Positions 9,794 to 19,393 of a DNA stretch of 60,001 nt are shown here, piece after piece. Numbering within the stretch: the stretch's first letter is position 1; every line of letters begins with the position of its first letter. Both the position numbers and the translations under genes were made by a program. Location of the stretch: NCBI GenBank assembly GCA_025449805.1, contig JANWIR010000045.1, positions 1 to 60,001 on the forward strand, written 5' to 3'. Below the pieces are notes generated by a model that had not been told where the DNA came from, made no database searches, and was given only the letters and a program-made list of their open reading frames with translations. The stretch comes from Acidimicrobiales bacterium (GTDB lineage Bacteria; Actinomycetota; Acidimicrobiia; Acidimicrobiales; RAAP-2).

Positions 9794-11112
9794 TCTACCT
9801 GGGGCGTTGGCTCATCTTGAGTGGCGCGTGCGGTTCGCTCACGCCACTGCGCGACAAGCGACGTCTCACGTCCTTCACTACGGCCCTCGAAGAACGACGC
9901 GTCACCGAGCTCCTCGGGCATGTAGCGCTGCGCCACCCAGGCTCGCGGGAAGTCGTGGGGGTAACGGTAACCACGACCGTGGCCCAGGGTCGCGGCGCCG
10001 GCGTAGTGGGCGTCGCGCAGATCACTTGGTACGGAAGCCCCCCCGTGCTCGCGCACCGCCCGCGTCACCGCGCCGAGCGCCAAAGTCACTGAGTTGCTCT
10101 TGGGTGCGAGGGCTAGGTAGATCGTGGCGTGCGCCAAATTGAGGCGCGCTTCGGGCAGCCCCACGAACTCCACGGCGCGCGCCGCCGCTTCGGCCACGAC
10201 TAGACCCGTCGGATCAGCTAAGCCCACGTCCTCACTCGCCAAAATCACCAGCCGCCGGGCGAGAAACCGGGGGCTCTCACCGCTCTCGAGCAACGTCACG
10301 AGCCAGTAGAGCGCGGCGTCGGGATCCGAGCCGCGAATCGACTTAATCAAGGCACTCACCTGGTCGTAGTGCGTGTCCTCGCTCTGGTGGTACAGCCGTC
10401 CATCGCGAGCCTGGGCCACGTGATGACGCGTAATCACTGCCTCGTCGCCCTCGGCGCGCGCGAGGACGAGCGCCGTATCGAGCGTGGTCAACAAGGCGCG
10501 CGCGTCGCCGTCGGCCGACGCGATCAGCGCCGCGCGGGCTTCGTCGTCAGCGCGCGCGCCACGCAGTGCGAGACCGCGCGTCACGAGCTCGCCAAGCTCC
10601 TCGCCGCTTAACGGGTTCAGACGCCACAACGTCGCGCGACTCATCAGCGCCGCGTTCACTTCGAAGTAGGGGTTCTCGGTGGTCGCGCCAATGAGCACAA
10701 TTTCACCCGACTCCGTCGCGGGCAAAAGCAAGTCCTGTTGGGACTTATTGAAGCGATGCACTTCGTCAATGAACAGCACCGTACGGAGGTCGTGCTGCGC
10801 CCGCCGCTCGCGAGCGCGCGCGAGAACGTCGCGCAGTTCTTTCACGCCACTCGAAACCGCCGAGATACTTTCCGTCTCGTAGCCCGCGGAGGACGCGAGG
10901 ATTCGAGCCAACGTTGTCTTGCCGGTCCCCGCCGGACCCCAGAGAATCATCGAGATCAACTGGCGCGCGTCAACGAATCGTCGCAGGGGCCCCTCGGGGC
11001 CGACGAGGTGACGTTGGCCGACCACGTCGTCGAGTGTTCGCGGCCGCAGAATCTCCGCGAGCGGCGCCGTCAGTCGTAAACGCTGTTCGAGGGCGTCGTC
11101 GAAGAGTGACGT
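9790..11112 (-). CDS. rarA: Replication-associated recombination protein A (MgsA/RarA)
   Basis: WGPAGTGKTT, DEVHRFNKSQQD, GATTENP, LIKSIRGSDPDAA, ASEDVG. The conserved N-terminus (SLF..APLA..RPRTLDDVVGQ) extends past the track's GTG 11025 to an ACG at 11112, so the start is uncertain. Confidence 0.93.
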   Translation of the reverse strand, partial: TSLFDDALEQRLRLTAPLAEILRPRTLDDVVGQRHLVGPEGPLRRFVDARQLISMILWGPAGTGKTTLARILASSAGYETESISAVSSGVKELRDVLARARERRAQHDLRTVLFIDEVHRFNKSQQDLLLPATESGEIVLIGATTENPYFEVNAALMSRATLWRLNPLSGEELGELVTRGLALRGARADDEARAALIASADGDARALLTTLDTALVLARAEGDEAVITRHHVAQARDGRLYHQSEDTHYDQVSALIKSIRGSDPDAALYWLVTLLESGESPRFLARRLVILASEDVGLADPTGLVVAEAAARAVEFVGLPEARLNLAHATIYLALAPKSNSVTLALGAVTRAVREHGGASVPSDLRDAHYAGAATLGHGRGYRYPHDFPRAWVAQRYMPEELGDASFFEGRSEGRETSLVAQWRERTARATQDEPTPQVE

Positions 11113-11114
11113 GG

Positions 11115-12860
11115 CTACCCCTTCGGGGGCAGGCGAAGGCCGAGGTCGCGCAGTTGGCGCTCCCCGATTGCCTTCGGAGCACCCGTCATCAAGTCGGTGC
11201 CCGACTGGGTCTTGGGGTACGCGATCACTTCACGAATATTCTCTTCACCGGCGAAGATGGCCACTAGTCGGTCAATCCCGAAGGCGAAACCCGCGTGCGG
11301 CGGCGCGCCGTATTTAAACGCGCCGAGCAGAAACCCGAAGCGGCTCTGCGCCTCTTCGTCGCTAATACCGAGGGCCTTAAAGATCCGTGACTGGACGTCG
11401 GCTCGGTGAATGCGCACCGAACCGCTGCCGAGCTCCCAGCCGTTGAGGACCAGGTCGTAGGACTGGGACCGCACGCGCAGCGGGTCACTTTCGATCAGTT
11501 CGAGGTCGTCGAGGTGCGGCATGGTAAAGGGATGGTGCGCCGACACCAAGTTGCCGTCGTCGTCAATGCCCTCGAAGAGTGGAAACTCCGTCACCCAGAG
11601 GTACCGGAACGGTCCCTCACTCACCGGTGGCCCGGCGATGGCCAGGCGCAGGGCGCCCAGCACCTTGCAGGCACGTTCGTACTCGTCGGCCACGACCAGG
11701 ACCAGGTCACCCTCTTCCGCACCGTCGACACCACGAATTGCCGCACGCTCGTCGTCATTCAAGAACCGGTCCAGTGGCGAGTCGAGGCCCGTCGCGCTCA
11801 CGCGAAACCATGCCAGACCCTTCGCGCCCAGAGCCTTCGCCTGGTCGGTCAGTTGATCGAGGCGAGTGCGACTAAAACTCGCCCCACCGGGCACGCGGAT
11901 GGCCTTGACCGTGTCGGCGCCGAAGGCCTTTACCTCGGTGGCCGCGAACGCGCTCGAGAGGTCTTGGAGGGTTACCCCAAATCGAAGGTCGGGCTTGTCG
12001 GTGCCGTAGCGATCAAGCGCCTCTTTCCAGGTCATGGTCTCGATCGGACCCGGACGCACGCCGGTCGCCGCTTCGGCCGCGTCCAACACCGCCTCGGTCA
12101 CGAAGTCGAGAACGTCGGCTTGGTTGACGAAGCTCGCCTCGAGGTCGAGTTGGGTGAACTCGAACTGGCGATCGGCGCGCAGGTCCTCGTCGCGGAGGCA
12201 ACGCGCGATTTGGTAGTAGCGATCAAAGCCGCCCACCATCAAGAGCTGCTTGGCGATTTGGGGGCTCTGGGGTAGTACGTAGAACTCACCGTGGCGCAGA
12301 CGCGACGGTACGACGAACTCACGAGCGCCTTCGGGGGTCGGCGCCCAAAGCAACGGTGTTTCGACTTCGCAGAATCCCTGCGCCTCCATTGAACGACGCA
12401 GCGACGAGTTCACTTTCGCGCGTAGGCGCAAATTGGCCTGCATTTTTTCGCGTCGGAGATCAAGGTAGCGATAGCGCAGGCGAACCTGCTCGTCAATGTC
12501 AACGCGGTCGTCGAGTTGAAACGGCGGCGGCTCGGCAATCGAGAGCACTTCGACCTCGCACTCGGTCAATTCCAGTTGCCCGGTGACCAGTTTTTCGTTG
12601 ACGGTACCGTCGGGACGACGGGACACCGTTCCCGTCACGCGCACGACGTACTCACTGCGTACGTCGAGCGAACCCGGTACCACGCACTGCACCACACCCG
12701 TGTAGTCACGTAGGTCCACGAAAGCGAGGTGCTCACCGTGCTCGCGCCGTTTGGCAACCCAACCACAGACGCTGACGCGCTCACCGACGAGCTCGGCGCT
12801 CACCGAGGCGCACAGGCGGTCGCGCAGACTAGTTGTTTCCACGTTTTGGGACATATTCAC
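11115..12860 (-). CDS. aspS: Aspartate--tRNA ligase
   Basis: RLRYRYLDLR, TPEGAREF, LPQSPQ, RDEDLRADRQFEFTQLD, GAPPHAGFAFGIDR. Confidence 0.98.
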   Translation of the reverse strand: MNMSQNVETTSLRDRLCASVSAELVGERVSVCGWVAKRREHGEHLAFVDLRDYTGVVQCVVPGSLDVRSEYVVRVTGTVSRRPDGTVNEKLVTGQLELTECEVEVLSIAEPPPFQLDDRVDIDEQVRLRYRYLDLRREKMQANLRLRAKVNSSLRRSMEAQGFCEVETPLLWAPTPEGAREFVVPSRLRHGEFYVLPQSPQIAKQLLMVGGFDRYYQIARCLRDEDLRADRQFEFTQLDLEASFVNQADVLDFVTEAVLDAAEAATGVRPGPIETMTWKEALDRYGTDKPDLRFGVTLQDLSSAFAATEVKAFGADTVKAIRVPGGASFSRTRLDQLTDQAKALGAKGLAWFRVSATGLDSPLDRFLNDDERAAIRGVDGAEEGDLVLVVADEYERACKVLGALRLAIAGPPVSEGPFRYLWVTEFPLFEGIDDDGNLVSAHHPFTMPHLDDLELIESDPLRVRSQSYDLVLNGWELGSGSVRIHRADVQSRIFKALGISDEEAQSRFGFLLGAFKYGAPPHAGFAFGIDRLVAIFAGEENIREVIAYPKTQSGTDLMTGAPKAIGERQLRDLGLRLPPKG

Positions 12861-12861
12861 T

Positions 12862-14139
12862 TCACTTAAGTAGGCGTTGGATCACGGCGTCGACGACCGC
12901 GTCGCGCGCGACGCTGGCCTGCGTCTGCTCGAAATCGGCGCTGCGCAGGTCTCTAATCGTAACCTCGCCACGCGCTCGCTCTTGGGGACCCACCAGCAGG
13001 GCCAGGCGCGCGCCCGAACGGTCCGCTAACTTCATTTGCGCCTTCATGGAGCGTTGGTCGTAGGCCCGGGCCACGGCGAAACCCTGCACGCGTAAGTCAT
13101 CAACGAGCTTCGTCGCGAGGTCCTCACCCGTGGTGTCCACCACGAAGACGTCAACGGTGCGCTTGAGTAATGCCTCGCCCTCGCCCTCGGCGTGACGAGC
13201 CAGCAAGAGTCGCTCGATGCCCGAGCCAAAGCCGATGCCACTGGTTGGTTCACCGCCGAGCTGCTCGGCTAACTGATCGTAGCGACCGCCGCCTCCGAGC
13301 GCGTTCTGGGCGGCGTCGAGAGCGTCGGAAGAAAACTCGAAGGTCGTACGGGTGTAGTAATCGAAGCCGCGCACCAGACGCGGCGCCACCGCAAAGTCAA
13401 TACCAATCGCGTTGAGACCCTGGGTAACGGCCGCGAAATGTTCACGGCAGGCGTCACACAAGTAGTCCGGGAGTTGCGGTCCGGCAACGGTGACGACCAC
13501 GCACGCCGCTTTCTTGCAGTCAAGAACGCGCAGTGGATTCACCGACCACACCTTTTGGTGCTCGTCGCAAAGCTCGTCAACGTGTTGGGCTAGGTAGACC
13601 TTAAGGACTTCGACGTAAGCGCCACGACACGCGGCGTGACCCATGGAGTTGACGTGGAGCCGGAAACGGCGCAGTCCAATGGCGCGGTAGAACCGCTCGG
13701 CGAGGGCGATTACTTCGACGTCAATTGCAGGGTCGTCGCTGCCGAGAACCTCCACGCCGAGCTGGTGGTGCTGACGGTAACGCCCCGCCTGAGGCCGTTC
13801 GTAGCGAAAGGCCGGCGTCACGTACCACGCGCGCCACGGTGTCGTCGGGTGGTGCTGCACAAAAGCGCGCACGACCGAGGCCGTGCCCTCGGGCCGCAAC
13901 GCGAGTCGACGACCGCCGCGGTCCTCGAAGACGTACATCTCCTTTTTTGCCACGTCCGAGGCCTCGCCAATGCCGCGGTGAAAGACCCCAACGTCCTCGA
14001 AGAGGGGCGAGATAACGAGCGAGAACCCGTAACGATAGGCCCACTGCGCGAAGGTGGCGATGACGCCTTCCCACAGTCGCGACTCAGGTCCCAAGACGTC
14101 GTGAGTCCCAACCGGGGACTGAAAGGTTCCGTCGCTCAT
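12862..14139 (-). CDS. hisS: Histidine--tRNA ligase
   Basis: LRPEGTA, FRYERPQAGRYRQHHQ, LVRGFDYY, GGGRYD. Confidence 0.97.
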   Translation of the reverse strand: MSDGTFQSPVGTHDVLGPESRLWEGVIATFAQWAYRYGFSLVISPLFEDVGVFHRGIGEASDVAKKEMYVFEDRGGRRLALRPEGTASVVRAFVQHHPTTPWRAWYVTPAFRYERPQAGRYRQHHQLGVEVLGSDDPAIDVEVIALAERFYRAIGLRRFRLHVNSMGHAACRGAYVEVLKVYLAQHVDELCDEHQKVWSVNPLRVLDCKKAACVVVTVAGPQLPDYLCDACREHFAAVTQGLNAIGIDFAVAPRLVRGFDYYTRTTFEFSSDALDAAQNALGGGGRYDQLAEQLGGEPTSGIGFGSGIERLLLARHAEGEGEALLKRTVDVFVVDTTGEDLATKLVDDLRVQGFAVARAYDQRSMKAQMKLADRSGARLALLVGPQERARGEVTIRDLRSADFEQTQASVARDAVVDAVIQRLLK

Positions 14140-16346
14140 GATCCCTTGTTCTGTCCGGGGAGTTGGCGGAACGCGTCAAAGACGCCGTCCACGCCCCTGA
14201 GCGCGGCCAACAGACTCGAGAGGTGCGCGGGATCAGCCAATTCGACGTCGAAGATCATGCGCACGATACGCGATCCTGACGTCGTTGACGAGCTCGCGAT
14301 GATGTTGAGGTGATACTCCGCGACGACGCGCGACACGTCGAGCAATAGGCGCGATCGATCGAAAGCCAGAATCTCGAGCACGGCGCGATACTGTCCACCG
14401 GCCGAGCCATCCCATTCGACGTCAATAATGCGTTCGCCGAGACGCTGCGCGAGGGCCACCGCGTTCGAACAGTCGTCGCGGTGCACCGACACGCCACGAC
14501 CTTGCGTAATGAAACCCATGATGGAGTCGCCGGGAACCGGCGAGCAGCAACGCGCCAGGTGGATCATGACGTCGTCGAGGCCCTCGACGTAGACCCCCAC
14601 GCTGCGTCGAGACGTGCGGCCAGACCGGGGGGCTTTGGTAACCGTGGTCGGCAACTGTTCGGCCTCGCCACCGCGTAGTTCACGGTCGAGGCGCTGGACC
14701 ACCGCCAACGCCGAGATCTGACCGCTGTCGATCGACATAAAGAGCGCGTCGAGGTCTTCGAGGTTGAGCGAGCGGATCACCGCGTCTAGGGCGCTCGACG
14801 TCAGCGAGGTCGCGATGGGCAGCCCCTCGCGGCGCAGGGCCTTCGTGAGCTCTTCACGACCACCCTCGATGGCGTCTTCTCGCCGCTCGCGCTGGAACCA
14901 CTGACGAATCTTGGACTTCGCGCGCGAGGACTTGGCGATGTTGAGCCAGTCGCGTGACGGTCCCGCCGAGTCACTCTTACTCGTGACAATCTCCACCACG
15001 TCCGCCGACTTCAAGACGGTGTCCAGGGGCACGAGGCGACCATTGACTTTCGCCCCGACGCAGTGGTGACCGACTTCCGTGTGCACCGCGTAGGCGAAGT
15101 CAATCGGCGTCGCCCCTTCGATCAGGGGAATTACACGACCCTTGGGCGTGAAGATGTACACCTCGTCTTGACCGAGATCGAGCTTCAGCGCCTCAAGGAA
15201 GGCGATCGGGTCGGCCTCTTCTTCTTCGACGTCGGCCAGGCGTTGCATCCACGCCACTTCGTTCGCGCTCGCGCCTTCTTTGTAACTCCAGTGCGCGGCG
15301 ACGCCGTACTCCGCGCGACGGTGCATCTCATTCGTGCGCACCTGAACCTCAACCGACTTACCTCGCGGCCCTATGACCGTCGTGTGCAACGACTGGTAGA
15401 GGTTGAACTTGGGCGAGTTGATGTAGTCCTTAAAACGACCCTGAACGGGACTCCACAACGCGTGAATCGCCCCGAGCGATGCCCAGCAGTCGCGCTCGTC
15501 ATCCACAATGATGCGTAGTCCCACCAGGTCGAAGATTTCGTCAAACTCCTTGCCGCCCACCACCATCTTTTCGTAGATGCTCCAGAGGTGCTTTGGGCGT
15601 CCTCGTACGTCGGCCGCGATGTGGAACTCCTTGAGCTTGTCGCTCAACGTCGTCATCACCTCATCCAGGTACGCCTCGCGTTCGGGCTGGCGCGCGGCCA
15701 CCATCTGTTCGATTTCGGCGTAGCGCTTGGGGTGCAGGGTGGCAAAACTCAGGTCTTCGAGTTGCCACTTGACCTGCTGGACACCGAGCCGGTGCGCGAG
15801 GGGCGCGTACACGTCGAGGGTCTCTTGCGCGATCGCGCGCTGGCGGTGCATTGGCATAACGGAGATCGTTCGCATGTTGTGCAGCCGGTCGGCCAACTTA
15901 ATCAGCAAGACCCGCCAGTCCTGCGCCATGGCGATGAACATCTTGCGAATCGTCGCGGCCTGTTGGGCCTCTTTCGAGTCGAACTCCAGTCGGTCGAGCT
16001 TGGTCACGCCGTCAACCACTGCGGCCACTTGCGCGCCGAACTCACTGCTGAGCCACTGGGTCGTCACACCCGTGTCCTCCACGGCGTCGTGCAACAGGGC
16101 CGCCGCGATAGTTACCTCGTCAAGGCCCAAGTCGGCGGTGATGCCAGCCACCGCAATGGGGTGGGTGACGTAGGGCTCACCGGTGCGACGCAGTTGACCC
16201 TCGTGGGCGTTAATGGCCGCGACGCCTGCGCGCCGAATTAGGTCGACGTCGCCCGAGTCGTGATGTTCGAGGAATCGCGCAACGAGCCGGTCAATAGATC
16301 CGAGCAGGTCTGGGTCAGCCGTGGCGCGTGAAGTGAGGCTGACCAT
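14136..16346 (-). CDS. rel: Bifunctional (p)ppGpp synthetase/hydrolase
   Basis: GEPYVTHP, HDAVED, KLADRLHNMRT, YQSLHT, TGS domain (TPIDFAY) and C-terminal ACT domain. Confidence 0.97.
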   Translation of the reverse strand: MVSLTSRATADPDLLGSIDRLVARFLEHHDSGDVDLIRRAGVAAINAHEGQLRRTGEPYVTHPIAVAGITADLGLDEVTIAAALLHDAVEDTGVTTQWLSSEFGAQVAAVVDGVTKLDRLEFDSKEAQQAATIRKMFIAMAQDWRVLLIKLADRLHNMRTISVMPMHRQRAIAQETLDVYAPLAHRLGVQQVKWQLEDLSFATLHPKRYAEIEQMVAARQPEREAYLDEVMTTLSDKLKEFHIAADVRGRPKHLWSIYEKMVVGGKEFDEIFDLVGLRIIVDDERDCWASLGAIHALWSPVQGRFKDYINSPKFNLYQSLHTTVIGPRGKSVEVQVRTNEMHRRAEYGVAAHWSYKEGASANEVAWMQRLADVEEEEADPIAFLEALKLDLGQDEVYIFTPKGRVIPLIEGATPIDFAYAVHTEVGHHCVGAKVNGRLVPLDTVLKSADVVEIVTSKSDSAGPSRDWLNIAKSSRAKSKIRQWFQRERREDAIEGGREELTKALRREGLPIATSLTSSALDAVIRSLNLEDLDALFMSIDSGQISALAVVQRLDRELRGGEAEQLPTTVTKAPRSGRTSRRSVGVYVEGLDDVMIHLARCCSPVPGDSIMGFITQGRGVSVHRDDCSNAVALAQRLGERIIDVEWDGSAGGQYRAVLEILAFDRSRLLLDVSRVVAEYHLNIIASSSTTSGSRIVRMIFDVELADPAHLSSLLAALRGVDGVFDAFRQLPGQNKGS

Positions 16347-16366
16347 GCCGCCAGCCTACCGGGGCC

Positions 16367-17482
16367 CTAACGGCGTTTGGGCTTACGAGCGCGGGGGTTG
16401 ATCGTGCCGGTGCGCTTCAGGCTCGAACCTTGGGCGTTGATCGACGACTCGCCCTCGGCCATCGCGGCGGCCGCGGCTGGCGTCATCGTGACGCGACGTT
16501 CGGCGCGTTGATTCGCTCGTTGGCGGAGATCTTGGTACCGGGGTTCGCGTTCTTTCATCCACGCGAGAAGCGGACTCGCGATGAAGATCGAGGAGTACGC
16601 CCCGGACACAAGTCCCACGAACAACGCGAGACCGTAGTTCTGCAGCGTCGTCGCGCCCAAGATGTACGCCCCCACCACGAGGACCGCGAGCACCGGCATA
16701 ATCGCGACGAGCGAGGTGTTAATCGAACGCGCCAGCGTCTGGTTCATCGAAAGATTCACCATTTCGCTGTAGGTGAGGTCGCCACCCTTCAACACGCCGT
16801 GGGTGTTGTCACGCACGCGGTCAAAGACCACCACCGTGTCGTAGAGCGAGTAACCGAGAATCGTCAAAATGGCGATCACGGTGTCGGGCGTGATCTGAAA
16901 GCCGAAGATCGAGTACACCCCAATGGTCACGAGGAGGTCGTGCACCATGGCAATGAAGGCCGCCAGCGCCATCTTGGGTTCAAAGCGCAGCGAGATATAG
17001 GCGACTACCGCGATGAAAAAGACGATTAGTGCTTCAAGGGCCCGGTGCGTGATCTGACCACCCCAGGTTGGGCCGACGTTGCTCGTCGAGACCTGCGAGG
17101 GTGTTGTGTGGGCCTGTTGGGCCATCGCGTTGATGACTTGGGTCGTTAATTGTGACTGCGCACTCGACGAGAGCGCGTTGAGGTCGGCCGTGACCTGGAA
17201 GGTGTCTGAACCGAGCTTCTCGACGGTCGGATTATTGAGTCCGGCCTTTTGCACCGCACTCGTCATCTGCGCGATCGACGTGTGGGGCGCCAGAACTTCC
17301 CAGGAGGATCCGCCCTTGAAGTCGATTCCTAGGTTGAAGCCGCGAACGCCGAGCGAGACCAATCCCGCGATGATGACGACGATCGAGATGGTAAACCACG
17401 TCTTCGAACGCCCGACAAAGTCGACGGTCGTGAGTCCGCGGTAGAGCCGACCGAAGCGACCTGGAGTCTGCACGTCACTCAC
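16367..17482 (-). CDS. secF: Protein translocase subunit SecF
   Basis: NLGIDFKGG, VGPTWG, HDLL, GYSLYDTVVVFDRVR, RSINTS. Confidence 0.96.
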   Translation of the reverse strand: MSDVQTPGRFGRLYRGLTTVDFVGRSKTWFTISIVVIIAGLVSLGVRGFNLGIDFKGGSSWEVLAPHTSIAQMTSAVQKAGLNNPTVEKLGSDTFQVTADLNALSSSAQSQLTTQVINAMAQQAHTTPSQVSTSNVGPTWGGQITHRALEALIVFFIAVVAYISLRFEPKMALAAFIAMVHDLLVTIGVYSIFGFQITPDTVIAILTILGYSLYDTVVVFDRVRDNTHGVLKGGDLTYSEMVNLSMNQTLARSINTSLVAIMPVLAVLVVGAYILGATTLQNYGLALFVGLVSGAYSSIFIASPLLAWMKEREPRYQDLRQRANQRAERRVTMTPAAAAAMAEGESSINAQGSSLKRTGTINPRARKPKRR

Positions 17483-18995
17483 CGGCCACCCCCGCGTGAA
17501 TGCCCGCCGCCATCGACAGCGCCGATCCCGTGTCGGAACTGCGCCGTCCCAGCAATACCACCAGTGGTCTCGTGAAGTACCACGTGATGACTACGTCCAT
17601 CAACGTCGACAGACCCAGGAAGAAGGCGAATCCGCGGACGTCGCCGACGGCAATCAGGTACAGCAGCACCGCGGCGAGCAAACTCACCGTGTCGGCCGCG
17701 AGCACGGTACGCCAAGCGGAGCGAAAGCCGCGATCGACCGAGGAACGCACAGAGCGTCCCGCTCGGGCTTCGTCTTTCAATCGTTCGAAATACACGATGT
17801 AGCTGTCGACCGTAATACCGATCGACACGATTAAACCCGTCACTCCCGCCAAATTGAAACTCGGCGCGAGGGCCGTGTGCGCGAGCGCTGAAATGATTGC
17901 CCAAAGTAAGGCCGCGGTCACGGCAAGTCCCAACACGATGACGAGGCCGAGTGCGCGGTAGTAGAGAATGGTGTAAAGCAACACCAACAGCAGACCCGCG
18001 AGACCAGCGCCCAGGCCGGCGATGAGTGCCGAGTGGCCCAGCGTCGGTGACACGGTCTGCGTCGTGAGGGCTTGGAGGCGAACCGGCAGTGAGCCAAAGG
18101 TCATCGCGAGGGCCAGGTCCTTCGCACTCTGCTCAGTGAATGACCCCGAAATCTGACCAGTGCCGCCGAAACTCGTGAAGGAGTTCTGCGTGGGCTGAAT
18201 CAGCGGGGCTGACTGCACCACGCCGTCGAGTTCAATGGCGAGGAGTTGGTGGAAGTTCGCTTGGGCGACCTTGTCCCAGAGCGGGCTCCCCTTCGAGGTG
18301 AGTGTGTAGTTGACAACCCAGGCACCAGCGGTGTCCTGCTGGGCCACCGCCTTGGCGACGGATTGACCCGTGAGTTGCGCCGGGCCGAGGATGTAGCGCA
18401 CGCCCTTTTGACCCAAAATCGGCAGCAAGACCGTCTGGGTCTTCACGTCGTTGGCCGATGGCGTGGAAGCAATATTCGCAAAGGCCGGATCGGGGGCGAC
18501 GTTGTTAGAAGTGAAGCCGGACACCGTATTCGGATTCGGTGAGACGCCAAGGTTGGCTTGGCTCAACAGGTACTGCGGCCCGCACGCGGGCAACGTCTTG
18601 CCCGTGTAACTCACGAGCTTCGTGCCCACCGTCGTTTCACAGAGCACGGGCCGAAAGAGCAGCTGGGCAGTCTGACCAACAACTTGCAAGACGTTGTACG
18701 CATCCTTCACGCCCGGCACCGAAACCACAACGTCCTTGCCCTGGAGATTGACCTGGGCGCCGGACACGCCGAGTCCGTTCACGCGATTCGAAAGAATGGT
18801 CACGACCTCTTGCATATCGGCGTTGGTCGCGTGGGTCGTCGGCTTGTAGACGACCGAGAGTCCGCCCGCTAAGTCCAGACCCAATTTCGGGCCCCAACCC
18901 AGTGCGAGGGTCGTCGCGAGCGAACCAAAGGCCACCGCGATGGTGAGGACAAGGCTGACCATCAGTGACCGTCGTGAACGGACGGGTGACGACAT
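17475..18995 (-). CDS. secD: Protein translocase subunit SecD
   Basis: KLGLDLAGG, RVNGLGV, GSLP, GITVDSYIVYFERLKDE, VRGFA. Confidence 0.96.
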   Translation of the reverse strand: MSSPVRSRRSLMVSLVLTIAVAFGSLATTLALGWGPKLGLDLAGGLSVVYKPTTHATNADMQEVVTILSNRVNGLGVSGAQVNLQGKDVVVSVPGVKDAYNVLQVVGQTAQLLFRPVLCETTVGTKLVSYTGKTLPACGPQYLLSQANLGVSPNPNTVSGFTSNNVAPDPAFANIASTPSANDVKTQTVLLPILGQKGVRYILGPAQLTGQSVAKAVAQQDTAGAWVVNYTLTSKGSPLWDKVAQANFHQLLAIELDGVVQSAPLIQPTQNSFTSFGGTGQISGSFTEQSAKDLALAMTFGSLPVRLQALTTQTVSPTLGHSALIAGLGAGLAGLLLVLLYTILYYRALGLVIVLGLAVTAALLWAIISALAHTALAPSFNLAGVTGLIVSIGITVDSYIVYFERLKDEARAGRSVRSSVDRGFRSAWRTVLAADTVSLLAAVLLYLIAVGDVRGFAFFLGLSTLMDVVITWYFTRPLVVLLGRRSSDTGSALSMAAGIHAGVAGE

Positions 18996-19339
18996 TACTT
19001 GTCGTCACCTTCCGTCGACTTGTCGTCGTCGTCACTCGATGCCGACACGACCGGGTCAAAGCGCTTCGCAATCGCCGACGGCACGAAATCGAGCTCGACG
19101 CCGCTCGCGCCACGCAACGTTACGAGGTCATCGGCCTTCTTCACGACCGTCCCGACGAAGCCACCAATGGTCTGCGCGCGCTGACCGACCTCGACTTGGC
19201 GCGCGTCGATCCGCGCGGCCTTTTGCTTCTTCGAGCGTGGGCGGAGGTAAAAGAAATAAAAGGCGGCAAAGAGAACCGCGTAAATGATCAGAATCGAGGA
19301 GGAACCCGAACTTTTCGCGGCGACGAGAACTGCAATCAT
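18995..19339 (-). CDS. yajC: Preprotein translocase subunit YajC
   Basis: TM followed by LRPRSKKQK and TIGG; directly upstream of secD. Confidence 0.9.
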   Translation of the reverse strand: MIAVLVAAKSSGSSSILIIYAVLFAAFYFFYLRPRSKKQKAARIDARQVEVGQRAQTIGGFVGTVVKKADDLVTLRGASGVELDFVPSAIAKRFDPVVSASSDDDDKSTEGDDK

Positions 19340-19345
19340 GGACTA

Positions 19346-19369
19346 TTCCTTCGTTGTTGAACGAAGAAA
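19346..19369 (-). promoter_or_regulatory. Hairpin covering the yajC Shine-Dalgarno
   Basis: Minus-strand RNA UUUCUUCGUU-CAAC-AACGAAGGAA: 10-bp stem with one G-U pair; the 3' arm is the SD. Confidence 0.5.
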
Positions 19370-19393
19370 CCTTACTCGCTCGGCACCGGGTCC

